Source of the DNA: an uncultured Trueperaceae bacterium
Lineage (GTDB): Bacteria > Deinococcota > Deinococci > Deinococcales > Trueperaceae
Direction: 5' to 3'
Assembly: GCA_963815215.1 (NCBI GenBank)
Contig: CAWFFU010000004.1
Coordinates: forward strand, 1 to 64,000
DNA: 64,000 bases
Part shown: positions 51,625 to 62,438 of the stretch, in pieces
Numbering within the stretch: position 1 is the first letter of the stretch
Layout of the letters: every line of letters starts with the position of its first letter
Made by a program: the position numbers and the translations under genes
The notes under the pieces: model-generated
What the model saw: the letters and a program-made list of their open reading frames with translations, nothing else
Told to the model about the DNA's origin: nothing
Database searches by the model: none

Positions 51625-52818
51625 ATGCTGTTCGAGAACGTGCGCTCGGCTCTGGAGGCGCTGGCGGGCAACCGGCTGCGCTCGGTGTTGACGTTGATGG
51701 GCGTGATGATCGGCGTCTTCGCGGTGACGACCACCATCAGCCTGGGGGCCATCGCCACGGCGGGCATCACCTCGCAGCTCCAGGACTTCGGCAACCAGGC
51801 GTTGTTCATCACCCCCAACGAGGACAACCCCCGCTCGACGCGGTTCACCGACGCCGACATCGACGCCCTGGCCCGGTTACCCGTGAGCATCCTGCGGCAG
51901 CGCACCATCCGAGGGCTGGCGCGGGCCGGCTCGGAGGAGGCGCAGCTCACCGTCAACGGCGTGACCGCCAACGCGCCCGAGGTCGACCGCACCATCAAGG
52001 TGGCCCGCGGCCGGTACTTCAGCGAGGAGGAGGACCGCCGAGCGGCGCCGGTCATGGTGCTGTCGGCCGATGCCAGGGAATCGCTCTTCCCCGACGACCC
52101 CAATCCGGTCGGCCAGCAGGTCTCGGTAACGGTGGGCTCGTCGCGCAGCTTCTACACCGTGATCGGTGTCAAGGAGCCGCTCACCGGTGCCTTCACCTTC
52201 GCGTCCAGCATCGCCGTTGACGTGCCGCTGCAGACGCTCTACCTCAACCACCCGTCGTTGGCGCGCGGGGAGTACCCGTTCCTGCCGGTGACGGTCGGCC
52301 TGGACCGGAACATCGGCGACATCGAGGCCCAGGTCGACGCCATCCTCACCCGCCGGCGCGGGGCCGACACCTTCAAGATCCAGACCATCCAGGGCGCCTT
52401 GACCCTGTTCGACACCATCACCACCATCCTTCAAGCCGTGCTGGGCGGCATCGGCGCGATCAGCCTGCTGGTGGGCGGCATCGGCATCCTCAACATCATG
52501 CTGGTGTCGGTCACCGAGCGCACCCGCGAGATCGGGTTGCGCAAGGCGCTGGGCGCGAAGAAGGGCGTCATCTTGCAGCAGTTCATGATCGAGGCGGTGG
52601 TGTTGACGCTGGTGGGCGGCCTGGTGGGGCTGGGGGCCGCCATCGGCGTTCTGTACCTGGCCGTGGCGCTCGTCCCCTTCCTCGACAAGGTGGTGCTGTC
52701 GCCGTTCACCGTGCTGCTGGGGCTGTTCGTGAGTGTGGCGACCGGCGTGGTGTTCGGGGTGTGGCCGGCCAGTCGCGCCGCCAACCTCAGCCCGATCGAG
52801 GCGTTGCGCTACGAGTAG
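51625..52818 (+). CDS. MacB/FtsX-family ABC permease
   Basis: NRLRSVLT, VSVTERTREIGLRKALGA, PIEALRYE. Confidence 0.94.
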   Translation: MLFENVRSALEALAGNRLRSVLTLMGVMIGVFAVTTTISLGAIATAGITSQLQDFGNQALFITPNEDNPRSTRFTDADIDALARLPVSILRQRTIRGLARAGSEEAQLTVNGVTANAPEVDRTIKVARGRYFSEEEDRRAAPVMVLSADARESLFPDDPNPVGQQVSVTVGSSRSFYTVIGVKEPLTGAFTFASSIAVDVPLQTLYLNHPSLARGEYPFLPVTVGLDRNIGDIEAQVDAILTRRRGADTFKIQTIQGALTLFDTITTILQAVLGGIGAISLLVGGIGILNIMLVSVTERTREIGLRKALGAKKGVILQQFMIEAVVLTLVGGLVGLGAAIGVLYLAVALVPFLDKVVLSPFTVLLGLFVSVATGVVFGVWPASRAANLSPIEALRYE

Positions 52819-52854
52819 CGGCGGAGCAACGTCGGGTAGGGCGTGCGATGTCCG

Positions 52855-53694
52855 CTACAGGCTTCGCAGCGTCTCGAGGTCGCGCTGGTGGCCCAGCTCG
52901 TCGTCGCCCAGCGGGGTCTCCAGGATCATCGGCACGGTGGCCAGGCGCGGGTCGCTCACGATGCGGGCGAAGAAGTCGCGGCCGATCTCGCCCTCGAGGA
53001 TGGAGGCGTGTCGATCCTTGTGGCTGCCCAGCGGGTTCTTGGCGTCGTTCAGGTGCACCGCCATCAGGCGCGGCAGGCCCACCGCGGCGTCGAACGCGGA
53101 CCAGGTGGCCTCGTAACCGGCCTCGTCTCGGAGGTCGTAACCGGCCACGAAGGCATGGCACGAGTCGAAGCACACGCCCAGGCGTTCGGGATCGTCGACG
53201 CGCGCCAGGATGGCCCCCAGCTCCTGGAAGTCCCTGCCCAGCGTGCTTCCCTGGCCGGCTGTGTTCTCCAGCAGCACGCGCGCCTGCAGCTCCGGCCGCA
53301 GGCTGGAGACCTGATCCAGCGCCTGCGCCACGCGGTCGAGGCCCGGCTCCACGCCTTCGCGCATGTGCGCCCCGGGGTGCAGCACCACCCCCGGCACGCC
53401 CAGGCGGTCGCAGCGCTCGAGCTCGTCGATGAGCGCCGCCACTGACTTCTCCCGCGCCGCCGGGTCGGGGCTCGCCAGGTTGATCAGGTAGCTGGCGTGG
53501 GCGACCACCGGCCAGCCGGACGCCGCGTGCTGCTCCCGGAACGACGCCACTTCGTCGTCGGCGAGCGGTCGCCCGCTCCAGCGACTGGCGTTCTTCACGA
53601 AGATCTGCAGGGCCTCGCAGCCGATGTCGCGCCCCCGCGCGAAGGCCTTGTGCGTTCCCCCGGCGACCGACACGTGTGCTCCCAGACGGGTCAT
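52855..53694 (-). CDS. nfo: Endonuclease IV
   Basis: GAHVS, HASYLINL, HPG, LENTAG, DSCH, HLND, DRH, ILETP. Confidence 0.96.
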   Translation of the reverse strand: MTRLGAHVSVAGGTHKAFARGRDIGCEALQIFVKNASRWSGRPLADDEVASFREQHAASGWPVVAHASYLINLASPDPAAREKSVAALIDELERCDRLGVPGVVLHPGAHMREGVEPGLDRVAQALDQVSSLRPELQARVLLENTAGQGSTLGRDFQELGAILARVDDPERLGVCFDSCHAFVAGYDLRDEAGYEATWSAFDAAVGLPRLMAVHLNDAKNPLGSHKDRHASILEGEIGRDFFARIVSDPRLATVPMILETPLGDDELGHQRDLETLRSL

Positions 53695-53782
53695 GGGCGG
53701 CAGTCTACCGCGCGCGCCGGACCTGCCGGGGCATCGGGTAACGGGGGCCGTGCCGGCCCAGACCGGTGGTAGACTCGCTGCC

Positions 53783-54544
53783 GTGATCCGCGCACAACGA
53801 GCTCAACCCGCCCCCGACGAGCTGGCCGCGTTCCTGGACGAGTACCTCCGCAGGGGCGACTGCCTGGTCCAGGTGGTGAGCGAGTGCGAGGTCCTCTACA
53901 GCGGCCGGGCGGCGAGCGTGGCGGAGGCCGGTGACTACCTGGTCATCGTCAAGCAGGACGGGAGCGTGCAGGTCCACGGACACCGGAGCGTCAAGCCCGT
54001 GAACTGGCAGCCGCACACCGACGAACTCTTCGTCGGCGTCGAGGACGGGGTGGCGGTGATGCGGGCCGAGCGCTTCAACCCCGAGGAGATGGTGCGCGTG
54101 GCCTTCCTGGCTCCCGCCATGGCGCAGGCGTTCGAGCTGCGGGAGTCGGGCGGCTTCGCGCTGATGGGCAGCGAGGCCGAGATGCAGCAGGCGCTGGCCC
54201 GCCACCCCGAGCTCATCGAGCCGGGCCTGGAGGTGCTCCACCGCGAGCTCCCCACCGACGTCGGCGGGATCGACCTGTTCGCGCGCGACACCGACGGCGC
54301 GCTGGTGGTCGTGGAGCTCAAGCGCTCCAAGGCGAACCAGGAGGCGGTGCACCAGCTCGGCCGCTACGTCGAGAGCGTGCGACGGCTCGGTTCGGAGCGG
54401 GTGCGCGGTATCCTGGCGGCGCCCGCCGTGACCGCGCCCGCGCTCAACCAGCTCGGCACCCTCGGTCTGGAGTTCCGGGAAGTCTCCGCGCTGCCGCTGG
54501 ACGACGCCGTAGACGACCAGCCTTCACTGTTCGCGCCGGCCTAG
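53783..54544 (+). CDS. nucS: Mismatch-specific endonuclease NucS/EndoMS
   Basis: Y.GRA, KQDGSVQVH, KPVNWQP, E..T..G.IDL, VELKR, QLGRY, RGILAAP; leaderless GTG. Confidence 0.93.
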   Translation: MIRAQRAQPAPDELAAFLDEYLRRGDCLVQVVSECEVLYSGRAASVAEAGDYLVIVKQDGSVQVHGHRSVKPVNWQPHTDELFVGVEDGVAVMRAERFNPEEMVRVAFLAPAMAQAFELRESGGFALMGSEAEMQQALARHPELIEPGLEVLHRELPTDVGGIDLFARDTDGALVVVELKRSKANQEAVHQLGRYVESVRRLGSERVRGILAAPAVTAPALNQLGTLGLEFREVSALPLDDAVDDQPSLFAPA

Positions 54545-54597
54545 CGATGTGCGCGGTGCGGTGGCGACGGCGGTCGGGGACCCGGTAGACTTTCCAT

Positions 54598-54618
54598 ATG
54601 AAAGGGTCGCCTAGATGA
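54598..54618 (+). CDS. Putative leaderless leader peptide MKGSPR coupled to marR
   Basis: TAGACT(54586-91)-N6-ATG; TGA overlaps ATG 54615. Confidence 0.5.
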   Translation: MKGSPR

Positions 54619-55061
54619 GTAGGGCGCCCGAGTCGGCCGACTACATCGACCTGGCTAGGGCGGTGTTGCGCCTTTCGCGTCATCTCTACCGCACCTTCGA
54701 CGAGGTGTTGGGCCCGACCTTCGGGCTCGCTACCAAGGACTACCTGGTGCTGCGCGTCGTCCTCGGCGGCGAGGTGTACCCGGGGGGCGTGGCCGCTTTC
54801 CTGAACATGCCTCCGGCGAGTGTCAGCCGTGTCCTGGAGCGCCTGGAGGCCAGGGGTTATCTTGAGCGCTCGGTGGACGCGGTGGATCACCGCCGCTTCC
54901 TCCTCGCCGTCACTCCCGAGGGGACGAAGGCGGCGGACGCCATCCGAGACGTCATCAGCACGACGCTCGGCGACACCTACGCCCACGTGCCCGCGGACGC
55001 CCTGCGCGCCGCGGTCGATCACCTGGCCACTCTCAACGAGGTCATCGAGCGGCGTTCCTAG
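54615..55061 (+). CDS. MarR-family transcriptional regulator
   Basis: SVSRVLERLEARGYLER...DHRR..LAVTPEG. Confidence 0.92.
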   Translation: MSRAPESADYIDLARAVLRLSRHLYRTFDEVLGPTFGLATKDYLVLRVVLGGEVYPGGVAAFLNMPPASVSRVLERLEARGYLERSVDAVDHRRFLLAVTPEGTKAADAIRDVISTTLGDTYAHVPADALRAAVDHLATLNEVIERRS

Positions 55062-55151
55062 GCTCGCTCGGCCGGCCTCAACAGCGGACGCGCGGCCGGG
55101 GGCAGCCCCGGCACACGGTGGCGGTGTGGCGCCGCCCCGGAGGAGAACCCC

Positions 55152-56810
55152 TTGGAGACCGAACCGACGCAGCAGGAGCGTCCCGTGCGCGCGCGCAGCG
55201 AGACGCAGGCGAGCAACCGCATCACCGGCCGCAAGCGTTGGTGGGCGTTGGGGGCCGTACTGCTCACCATGTTCTTCTCGTCGCTCGACCAGACCGTGGT
55301 GTCCACCGCGATCCCGACCATCGTCAGCGAGCTGCACGGCTTCAACATCTACGCCTGGCTGGTCACCGCCTACATGATGGCGTCGGCGGTGACGGTGCCG
55401 CTCTACGGCAAGCTCTCGGACATGTACGGGCGCAAGCCGTTCTTCATCTTCGGCCTGACCGTGTTCGCCGTCGGCTCGATCCTCTCCGGGCAAGCGCAGA
55501 CCATGCTCGAGCTCATCCTCTTCCGCGGTGTGCAGGGGATCGGCGCGGGCGCCATGCTCACCATGCCGCGTGCCACCATCGGCGACATCTTCAACCCGCG
55601 CGAGCGCGGCCAGTGGATGGGCGTCATCGGCGCCGTATTCGGGCTGGCCAGCATCATCGGTCCCACCCTGGGCGGCTGGATCACCGACACCATCGGCTGG
55701 CGCTGGATCTTCTACATCAACCTGCCGGTGGCGGCGCTCGCCATCATCGGCGTGCTGTTCGCCCTGCCGAGCGTGCGTGTCGACGCTCGGGTCCAGCTCG
55801 ACTGGCGCGGCAGCCTGCTCCTGGTGGTGGGACTGATCCCCATCCTGCTCGGCTTCACCTGGGCGGGGGGTCGCCTGGCCTGGACGAGCCCCGAGTTGAT
55901 CCTGCTGTTCGCGCTGGGGGCGGTCTTCCTGGTGCTCTTCGCGGTGAACGAGGGGCGGGCGAAGGACCCCATCCTGGAGCCCGCGCTGTTCCGCAGCGGG
56001 ATCTTCAACACCACTCTGCTCATCGCGCTGTTCATGACCATGGCCATGTTCAGCGCCCTCATCTTCCTGCCGCTGTTCGTGCAGGGCGCGCTGGAGTACT
56101 CAGCGGCCAGCTCCGGCTACATCCTCACGCCGATGATGCTCAGCCTGGTCGTCGCCTCCATGGTCGGCGGGCAGATCGTTACCCGCACCGGGCGCTACAG
56201 AGTGCTGGCGTTGACGGGCGCCGGGTTGTTGGTGGCCGGTCTGTTCCTGTTCACGCAGATGAGCCTCACCACCACCTGGGTGGGCGTGGTGCGCAACATG
56301 ATCGTGTTCGGCCTGGGGCTGGGAACGCTCCTGCCGCTGCTCAACACGGTGGTGCTCAACGTCTTCCCCTACCGCGTGATGGGGGCGGTGAGCGCCACCC
56401 AGCAGTTCGTGCGCTCGCTCGCCGGCGTCATCGCCGCGCCCATCCTCGGCACCGTGCTGGCCCGCTCGGTGGATGCCCGCCTTGCCCAGGACATGCCCAG
56501 TGGGGTCAAGCAGGCGATGGCGGCGGCGGGCGCGCAGTCGGGCAGCCTCGACCCTCAGCAGCTCCTCTCGGCGCAGGCGCAGCAGGCTATCCGTTCGCGC
56601 TTCGATCCCGGTCCGGCGGGCGACAAGCTCTACCGGCAGTTCATCGACGCGGTGCACGGCGCGCTCGCCAGCGGGACCCGGGAGCTCTTCACGATCGCGC
56701 TGGTGTTCGGGGTGCTGGCGCTGGTGGCCACGTTGTTCCTGGCCGAGGTGCGCTTGAAGCGCGACGAGTTCTTCGACGAGCCCGCGGCGGCATCGGACGG
56801 TCCGGCCTGA
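55152..56810 (+). CDS. DHA2 (14-TMS) MFS efflux transporter
   Basis: LDQTVVSTAIP, GKLSDMYGRK, WRWIFYINLP; SD AGGAG then TTG. Confidence 0.93.
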   Translation: METEPTQQERPVRARSETQASNRITGRKRWWALGAVLLTMFFSSLDQTVVSTAIPTIVSELHGFNIYAWLVTAYMMASAVTVPLYGKLSDMYGRKPFFIFGLTVFAVGSILSGQAQTMLELILFRGVQGIGAGAMLTMPRATIGDIFNPRERGQWMGVIGAVFGLASIIGPTLGGWITDTIGWRWIFYINLPVAALAIIGVLFALPSVRVDARVQLDWRGSLLLVVGLIPILLGFTWAGGRLAWTSPELILLFALGAVFLVLFAVNEGRAKDPILEPALFRSGIFNTTLLIALFMTMAMFSALIFLPLFVQGALEYSAASSGYILTPMMLSLVVASMVGGQIVTRTGRYRVLALTGAGLLVAGLFLFTQMSLTTTWVGVVRNMIVFGLGLGTLLPLLNTVVLNVFPYRVMGAVSATQQFVRSLAGVIAAPILGTVLARSVDARLAQDMPSGVKQAMAAAGAQSGSLDPQQLLSAQAQQAIRSRFDPGPAGDKLYRQFIDAVHGALASGTRELFTIALVFGVLALVATLFLAEVRLKRDEFFDEPAAASDGPA

Positions 56811-56834
56811 CGACGGCTGCGCTATCCTTCGGCT

Positions 56835-57341
56835 ATGGAGGACCCGGCTTCCGCGAACGGCATCGAGGTCCGCGAGGTCACGCTCCCCGGCGTCGGCAAG
56901 AAGTACGTCATGAGCCTTCGCGCGGGCGGCAACCTGGCGGTGGTTCTACGGCCCGACGGCGAACGGCAGCTCCATCACTTCCTGGAGCACGCCGACCGTC
57001 CCCGTGACGTGGTCCGGGTGGACGCCGAGGAGGCGCAGCAGCTCGCCAACCTGCTGGGGCGGCCGGTGGTCCAGGCGTCCAGCGTCGAGGACCTCGAACT
57101 GGTCCTCGGAGCCCTGGAGATCGACTGGGTCCCGCTCGGCCCGGCCTCGCCGCTGGCGGGCCGGGCGCTGGGCGCCTCGCACATGCGCCAACGCACGGGA
57201 GCGAGCGTCATCGCCATCCTGCGCGAGGGGCGCGCCCTCGCCAACCCCGACGTCGACACGATGTTCGAACCCGGTGACACCCTCCTCCTCATCGGATCCC
57301 CCGCCCAGACAGACGCCGCGCGCGCCCTGATCGCCGGCTGA
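56835..57341 (+). CDS. K+/H+ antiporter regulatory subunit (KhtT-like, TrkA-C)
   Basis: LPGVGKKY, SPLAGR, RQRTGASVIAI; leaderless. Confidence 0.88.
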   Translation: MEDPASANGIEVREVTLPGVGKKYVMSLRAGGNLAVVLRPDGERQLHHFLEHADRPRDVVRVDAEEAQQLANLLGRPVVQASSVEDLELVLGALEIDWVPLGPASPLAGRALGASHMRQRTGASVIAILREGRALANPDVDTMFEPGDTLLLIGSPAQTDAARALIAG

Positions 57342-57365
57342 CGCGCCGGTCCCGGAGCCCATGAC

Positions 57366-58568
57366 GTGACGCCGCTGCTCGAGCTCGGCCTGATCGCTCT
57401 CGGGCTCTACCTCACAGGCGAACTCAGCCGCCGCGTAGGGGTGTCGGCCGTGGTGGGCTACATCCTTCTGGGCATCCTGCTCGGACCGCACGGGGTCCTG
57501 CCGGTGTACCGCCTCGGGCCCACCACCGAGCTGCTGGGCGAACTGGGCTTGCTGCTGCTGCTGTTCTACCTGGGGCTCGAGTTCTCTCTCGGTCGGCTGC
57601 TCGAGGGGAGCGGTCCGACGCTGGTCGCGGGCGCCGTCGACCTGGTGAACTTCGGCGTCGGGGTGGGCGTGGCCCTGGCGCTCGGGTACGGGTGGCTGGC
57701 CGGCCTGTTCCTGGGGGGCGTGGTGTACGTCTCCAGCTCCGGTGTGATCGCCCGGCTGCTGTCGGACAGTGACCTGCTGGCCTACCCCGAGGCCGAGCGC
57801 ACGTTGGGGGTGCTGGTGTTCGAGGACCTGGCGATGGTGGTGGTGCTGGTGGGTCTCGGGCTCCTCACCGCCGGCGGCGGCGGCAGGTCGTTCGTCGGCG
57901 CCGTGCTGTTCCTTGCCCTGTACGGCCTGGCGGCGCGCTACGGCAAGCGGCTGCTGGCGCGCCTGCTGGATCTCGAGGGGGAGGCCCTGTCCCTGCTCGC
58001 CCTGGCGCTGCTGACACTGGTATCGGCAGGCGCCATCGCGCTCGGATTCCCGGCCGCGGTGGCGGCGTTCCTGCTGGGCATGGCCGTGGCCGAGTCGGGG
58101 CATCGGCCGCGGGTCGAGACCGCCCTCCGGTCCTGGTACGACGTGGCGGCGGCCAGCTTCTTCCTGGTGGTGGGGCTGCACGTCGAGCGGGCGACCGTCC
58201 TGCGGGAGGCGCCGCTGGCGCTGCTGCTGGTGGCCGTCACGGTGGTGGCCGGTCTGGTGACCGGCTTCCTGGGCGGGCGCGCGAGCGGGCTCAGCCGGCG
58301 CGCCGCGGTCGGGCACGGCCTGATGCTGCTGCCGCGCGGCGAGTTCTCGCTGGTGATCGCCAGCCTCGCCGCCGATGCCGGCGCCCTGCCGGAGGGCACG
58401 CGCCAGGCGCTCCTGGGGGCGACGTCGCTGTACGTGGTGGTGATGGTGGTGGTCGGGAGCGTCGTCTTCGCCCGCTTCGATGCCGTGAACGATCTCCTCA
58501 GTCGCCCACTGATGCGGGAAGCCGAGCGCGAATCGTTGGAGGCGATCGACTCGTTCCCCCTGGAGTGA
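57366..58568 (+). CDS. Cation:proton antiporter (KhtU-like, CPA2)
   Basis: LFYLGLEF, SSSGV, LVFEDLA, PRGEFS. Confidence 0.92.
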   Translation: MTPLLELGLIALGLYLTGELSRRVGVSAVVGYILLGILLGPHGVLPVYRLGPTTELLGELGLLLLLFYLGLEFSLGRLLEGSGPTLVAGAVDLVNFGVGVGVALALGYGWLAGLFLGGVVYVSSSGVIARLLSDSDLLAYPEAERTLGVLVFEDLAMVVVLVGLGLLTAGGGGRSFVGAVLFLALYGLAARYGKRLLARLLDLEGEALSLLALALLTLVSAGAIALGFPAAVAAFLLGMAVAESGHRPRVETALRSWYDVAAASFFLVVGLHVERATVLREAPLALLLVAVTVVAGLVTGFLGGRASGLSRRAAVGHGLMLLPRGEFSLVIASLAADAGALPEGTRQALLGATSLYVVVMVVVGSVVFARFDAVNDLLSRPLMREAERESLEAIDSFPLE

Positions 58569-58596
58569 CGGCGAAGGTCGTGTCGCTGGCGGGCCC

Positions 58597-60769
<2,173 letters not shown>

Positions 60770-60947
60770 GGACCGGTCATCCTCCGGGGCGAAGCGCGGA
60801 CGCGCTCCTGCCCGGCAAGGATAGCCAGCAGCGCGGCCGCGAGCGGTGGGGGTCTTCACACCGTTCGGGACGGCTGCCGGGGGGTGGGCGGAACGGATAA
60901 AGCTTCTCACGACGCCGTCCCCGTCGGCGCTGCTAGACTTAGGCGGC

Positions 60948-61949
60948 ATGCCGATGTTTCGCAAGGACCCGTTCGGCCGCGCCTGGGTGCTCATCTCCCC
61001 GGAGCGGGGGCTGGTGGCGTCGGACTTCGGCAGCGTGCTGCCGCTGCCGTTGCGCTCGCCGCTGTCGCCAGGGAACGAGCGCCAGACGGGCCCCGAGATC
61101 GCCGCCATCCGGCCGAGCAGCACCGCGCCCGACAGCCCCGAGTGGCGCATGCGGGTCATCGAGCACCCCTCGGCACTGGTGGAGCCGCGGCCCTTCCGCG
61201 AGGAGGGGGACGCGCTGTTCCGGCAGGCCGCCTCGAGCGGCTACCAGGAGGTCATCGTCGAGCACCCGGACGCCCGCATGACGCTCGACGGCATGCCGCG
61301 CTCCCACCTGGTCGACGTACTCCGCCTGTACCGCGAGCGCCTGGCGTTGCTCGCGGCCAAGCCGGGCATCCGGCACGTGCAGATCACCCGCAACGTCGGC
61401 CGCGCCGCCGGCGCCCTGTTCGAGCATCCGCACGCCCAGGTCCTGGCCGTACCGGTCGACAGTCGCTGGGTCGAGGAAGAGGTGGAAGCGGCCCGCAGCC
61501 ACGCGCGCGAGCACGGTAGCTGCCTGTTCTGCGACGTGATCGAACGCGAGCTGGCGGTGCGCGAGCGGGTCATCACCCACAATGAGGCGTTCGTGGCCAT
61601 CGCGCCGTTCGCGGCGAAGACCCCGTTCGAGACCTGGATCCTGCCGCGCGATCACGACAGCGCCTTCACCGGGGTCGCCTCCAACACTTTGCCGCTGCTG
61701 GCCGAGCTGTTGCAGACGGTGGTGCGGGCCCTCAACGACGCCCTCGACCACCCGCCGTACAATCTCCTGGTGCACACCCTCCCCGTCGCCGGCGACCGCA
61801 CCTTCCATTGGCACATCGAGGTGCTCCCGCGGCTCACCCAGCAAGCGGGGTTCGACTGGGGCAGCGGCTTCTACGTCAATCCGACGCCGCCGGAGGACGC
61901 CGCCCGCTTCCTGCGCGAGGCGCTCGCCCTGCAGGAGGTACAGGAGTGA
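60948..61949 (+). CDS. galT: Galactose-1-phosphate uridylyltransferase-family (HIT/GalT) protein
   Basis: EHPHAQ catalytic motif, CLFCD, HWHIE..PR, AGFDWGSG; leaderless. Confidence 0.85.
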   Translation: MPMFRKDPFGRAWVLISPERGLVASDFGSVLPLPLRSPLSPGNERQTGPEIAAIRPSSTAPDSPEWRMRVIEHPSALVEPRPFREEGDALFRQAASSGYQEVIVEHPDARMTLDGMPRSHLVDVLRLYRERLALLAAKPGIRHVQITRNVGRAAGALFEHPHAQVLAVPVDSRWVEEEVEAARSHAREHGSCLFCDVIERELAVRERVITHNEAFVAIAPFAAKTPFETWILPRDHDSAFTGVASNTLPLLAELLQTVVRALNDALDHPPYNLLVHTLPVAGDRTFHWHIEVLPRLTQQAGFDWGSGFYVNPTPPEDAARFLREALALQEVQE

Positions 61950-62335
61950 GCACAGTGCCCAGACGGCTGGCCGACGCCGCGCCCGAGCCGACCGTCCGCT
62001 CCCGGCCGCGGCACGCCGCCGCGGCGCGCGGCGCCCACCGCGTGATCATGGTCCTGGCGCTGGTGGGCAGTCTTCACGCGCTGTTCGTGCTGGGCGTGGA
62101 GAGCTGGCGGTTCGTGGTCGAGCGCCGGGCGGTGGCCCAGCTGCAGACCCAGGTGACCGAGCTGCAGTGGCAGGCCAACGGGCTCCAGCAGGTGATCGAC
62201 CATGCCGGCGACAGCCGCTACCGCGAGGACCTGGCCCGGCGACAGGGGTACATGTACCCCAACGAGCAGCGGGCGGTGACGCAGCAGCTCGCAGCGCCGG
62301 CCGCAGGCAGCGCCGGTGCCGGCGGCGTCCCCTGA
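61946..62335 (+). CDS. ftsB: Septum formation initiator (FtsB/DivIC-like)
   Basis: TM plus coiled coil plus EDLARRQGYMYPNE; GTGA overlap with galT. Confidence 0.75.
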   Translation: MSTVPRRLADAAPEPTVRSRPRHAAAARGAHRVIMVLALVGSLHALFVLGVESWRFVVERRAVAQLQTQVTELQWQANGLQQVIDHAGDSRYREDLARRQGYMYPNEQRAVTQQLAAPAAGSAGAGGVP

Positions 62336-62438
62336 GCGAAGGCGGCCCAGCGCAGGCGCTCGAGCCGGGGCGCCGCAGGGCGCGGCCGCCGCGGGGCACG
62401 GTATCCTGGGCCCATCTCAGAGGGCGGAGGCTGATTCC

